A DNA stretch of 64,000 nucleotides from the NCBI GenBank assembly GCA_007693605.1, contig REDG01000055.1:14353-78352 (forward strand), read 5' to 3'. Position 1 is the stretch's first letter, and each line of letters starts with the position of its first letter. Under the pieces are notes generated by a model, which did not search any database, had not been told where the DNA came from, and saw only the letters and a list, made by a program, of their open reading frames with translations. The position numbers were made by a program, and so were the translations under genes. Positions 63,672 to 64,000 of the stretch are shown piece by piece. Source of the DNA: Bradymonadales bacterium. GTDB taxonomy: Bacteria > Bdellovibrionota > UBA2394.

Positions 63672-64000
63672 TTAGGTTGCCACTTCCTTAAGCGAGAAAA
63701 ACAATAATATTATGGACAAGTTGATCAAGAGAAGCAGGGCAGCCGGAAGAAGTTGAGGCCAAGGGTCTCTCAATCGAAAACGAACTCCCAGGCCTAAAAG
63801 CATCAAGAGACAAAGGCCCGTTGCAGAGACAAGAGTGAGAGGAGGCCAAAGAAGACCGATTAGAAGGCCAAGTCCTCCAAGGCTTTCTAAAAGTCCAACA
63901 AGCAGACGAAATCGAGACAACCCGTAGCGCTGGAACTCTGACTTCATATGAGAAGTGAAAAGGCAAAGAGGGCCGTAAACTAAAAAGGCGGCAGCCGACA
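63672..64000 (-). CDS. DoxX-like membrane protein (5' end beyond window)
   Basis: Frame stays open upstream of ATG 63947 to the window edge (..AAFLVYGPLCLFTSHMKSEFQRYGLSRFRLLVGLLESLGGLGLLIG), typical of the DoxX-like family. Confidence 0.55.
   Translation of the reverse strand, partial: SAAAFLVYGPLCLFTSHMKSEFQRYGLSRFRLLVGLLESLGGLGLLIGLLWPPLTLVSATGLCLLMLLGLGVRFRLRDPWPQLLPAALLLLINLSIILLFFSLKEVAT

Noticed and set aside
1-64000. CRISPR arrays, tRNA/rRNA genes, IS elements
   Set aside because: I saw no regularly spaced direct repeats, no cloverleaf-like or rRNA-like conserved stretches, and no transposase or integrase ORFs. The GCTAAAGGCCCATCTGCTT repeats are dispersed at gene ends, not arrayed.

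Overview
All family calls below come from reading the ORF translations and DNA by eye. No searches were run, so they are recollection-based hypotheses. The window looks like a chromosomal segment of a flagellated Gram-negative bacterium. Gene style weakly suggests a Bdellovibrionota or delta-proteobacterium-like genome, but this cannot be shown from the sequence. No rRNA, tRNA, CRISPR array, transposase or integrase was seen. Layout: (i) 0.5-5.3 kb holds a TumE/TumA-like toxin-antitoxin pair, a class III cyclase interrupted by an in-frame TGA, pterin dehydratase, a DUF2400-like gene and mazG. (ii) 5.4-27.7 kb is a large flagellar cluster. It opens with a sigma54-type promoter and then runs through a TPR protein, a sensor-less histidine kinase, an NtrC-type sigma54 activator, flgBC, fliEFGHIJ, fliK, flgD and flgE. 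A GNAT plus Maf-type flagellin-modification pair follows, then a long flagellin, flaG, fliD and fliS. (iii) 27.7-39.8 kb holds housekeeping and accessory genes (oxidoreductases, O-methyltransferase, Nudix, MBL hydrolase, serine hydrolase, htpX, miaA, two large secreted unknowns). These are punctuated by a short interspersed repeat family with core GCTAAAGGCCCATCTGCTT. (iv) 39.9-63.6 kb is a tightly packed, roughly 24 kb phage-tail-like contractile injection system (CIS) locus with no head, lysis or integration genes. It has two sheath paralogs, a DUF4255-like cap, tube proteins, a gpD-like hub, gp25, baseplate J, a gpI-like protein, a gpV/gp5-like spike and an Afp15-like AAA+ ATPase. It also has non-canonical inserts: a Ycf46-like AAA+ / DUF1257 / DUF2997 / radical-SAM cassette, a pentapeptide-repeat protein, and an FHA / FHA-TM-TM-FHA / lipoprotein envelope module. 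Two sigma54-type promoters, each with shared (C/T)GTAGGG upstream motifs, precede its operons. This atypical CIS is the main candidate for a previously undescribed system.
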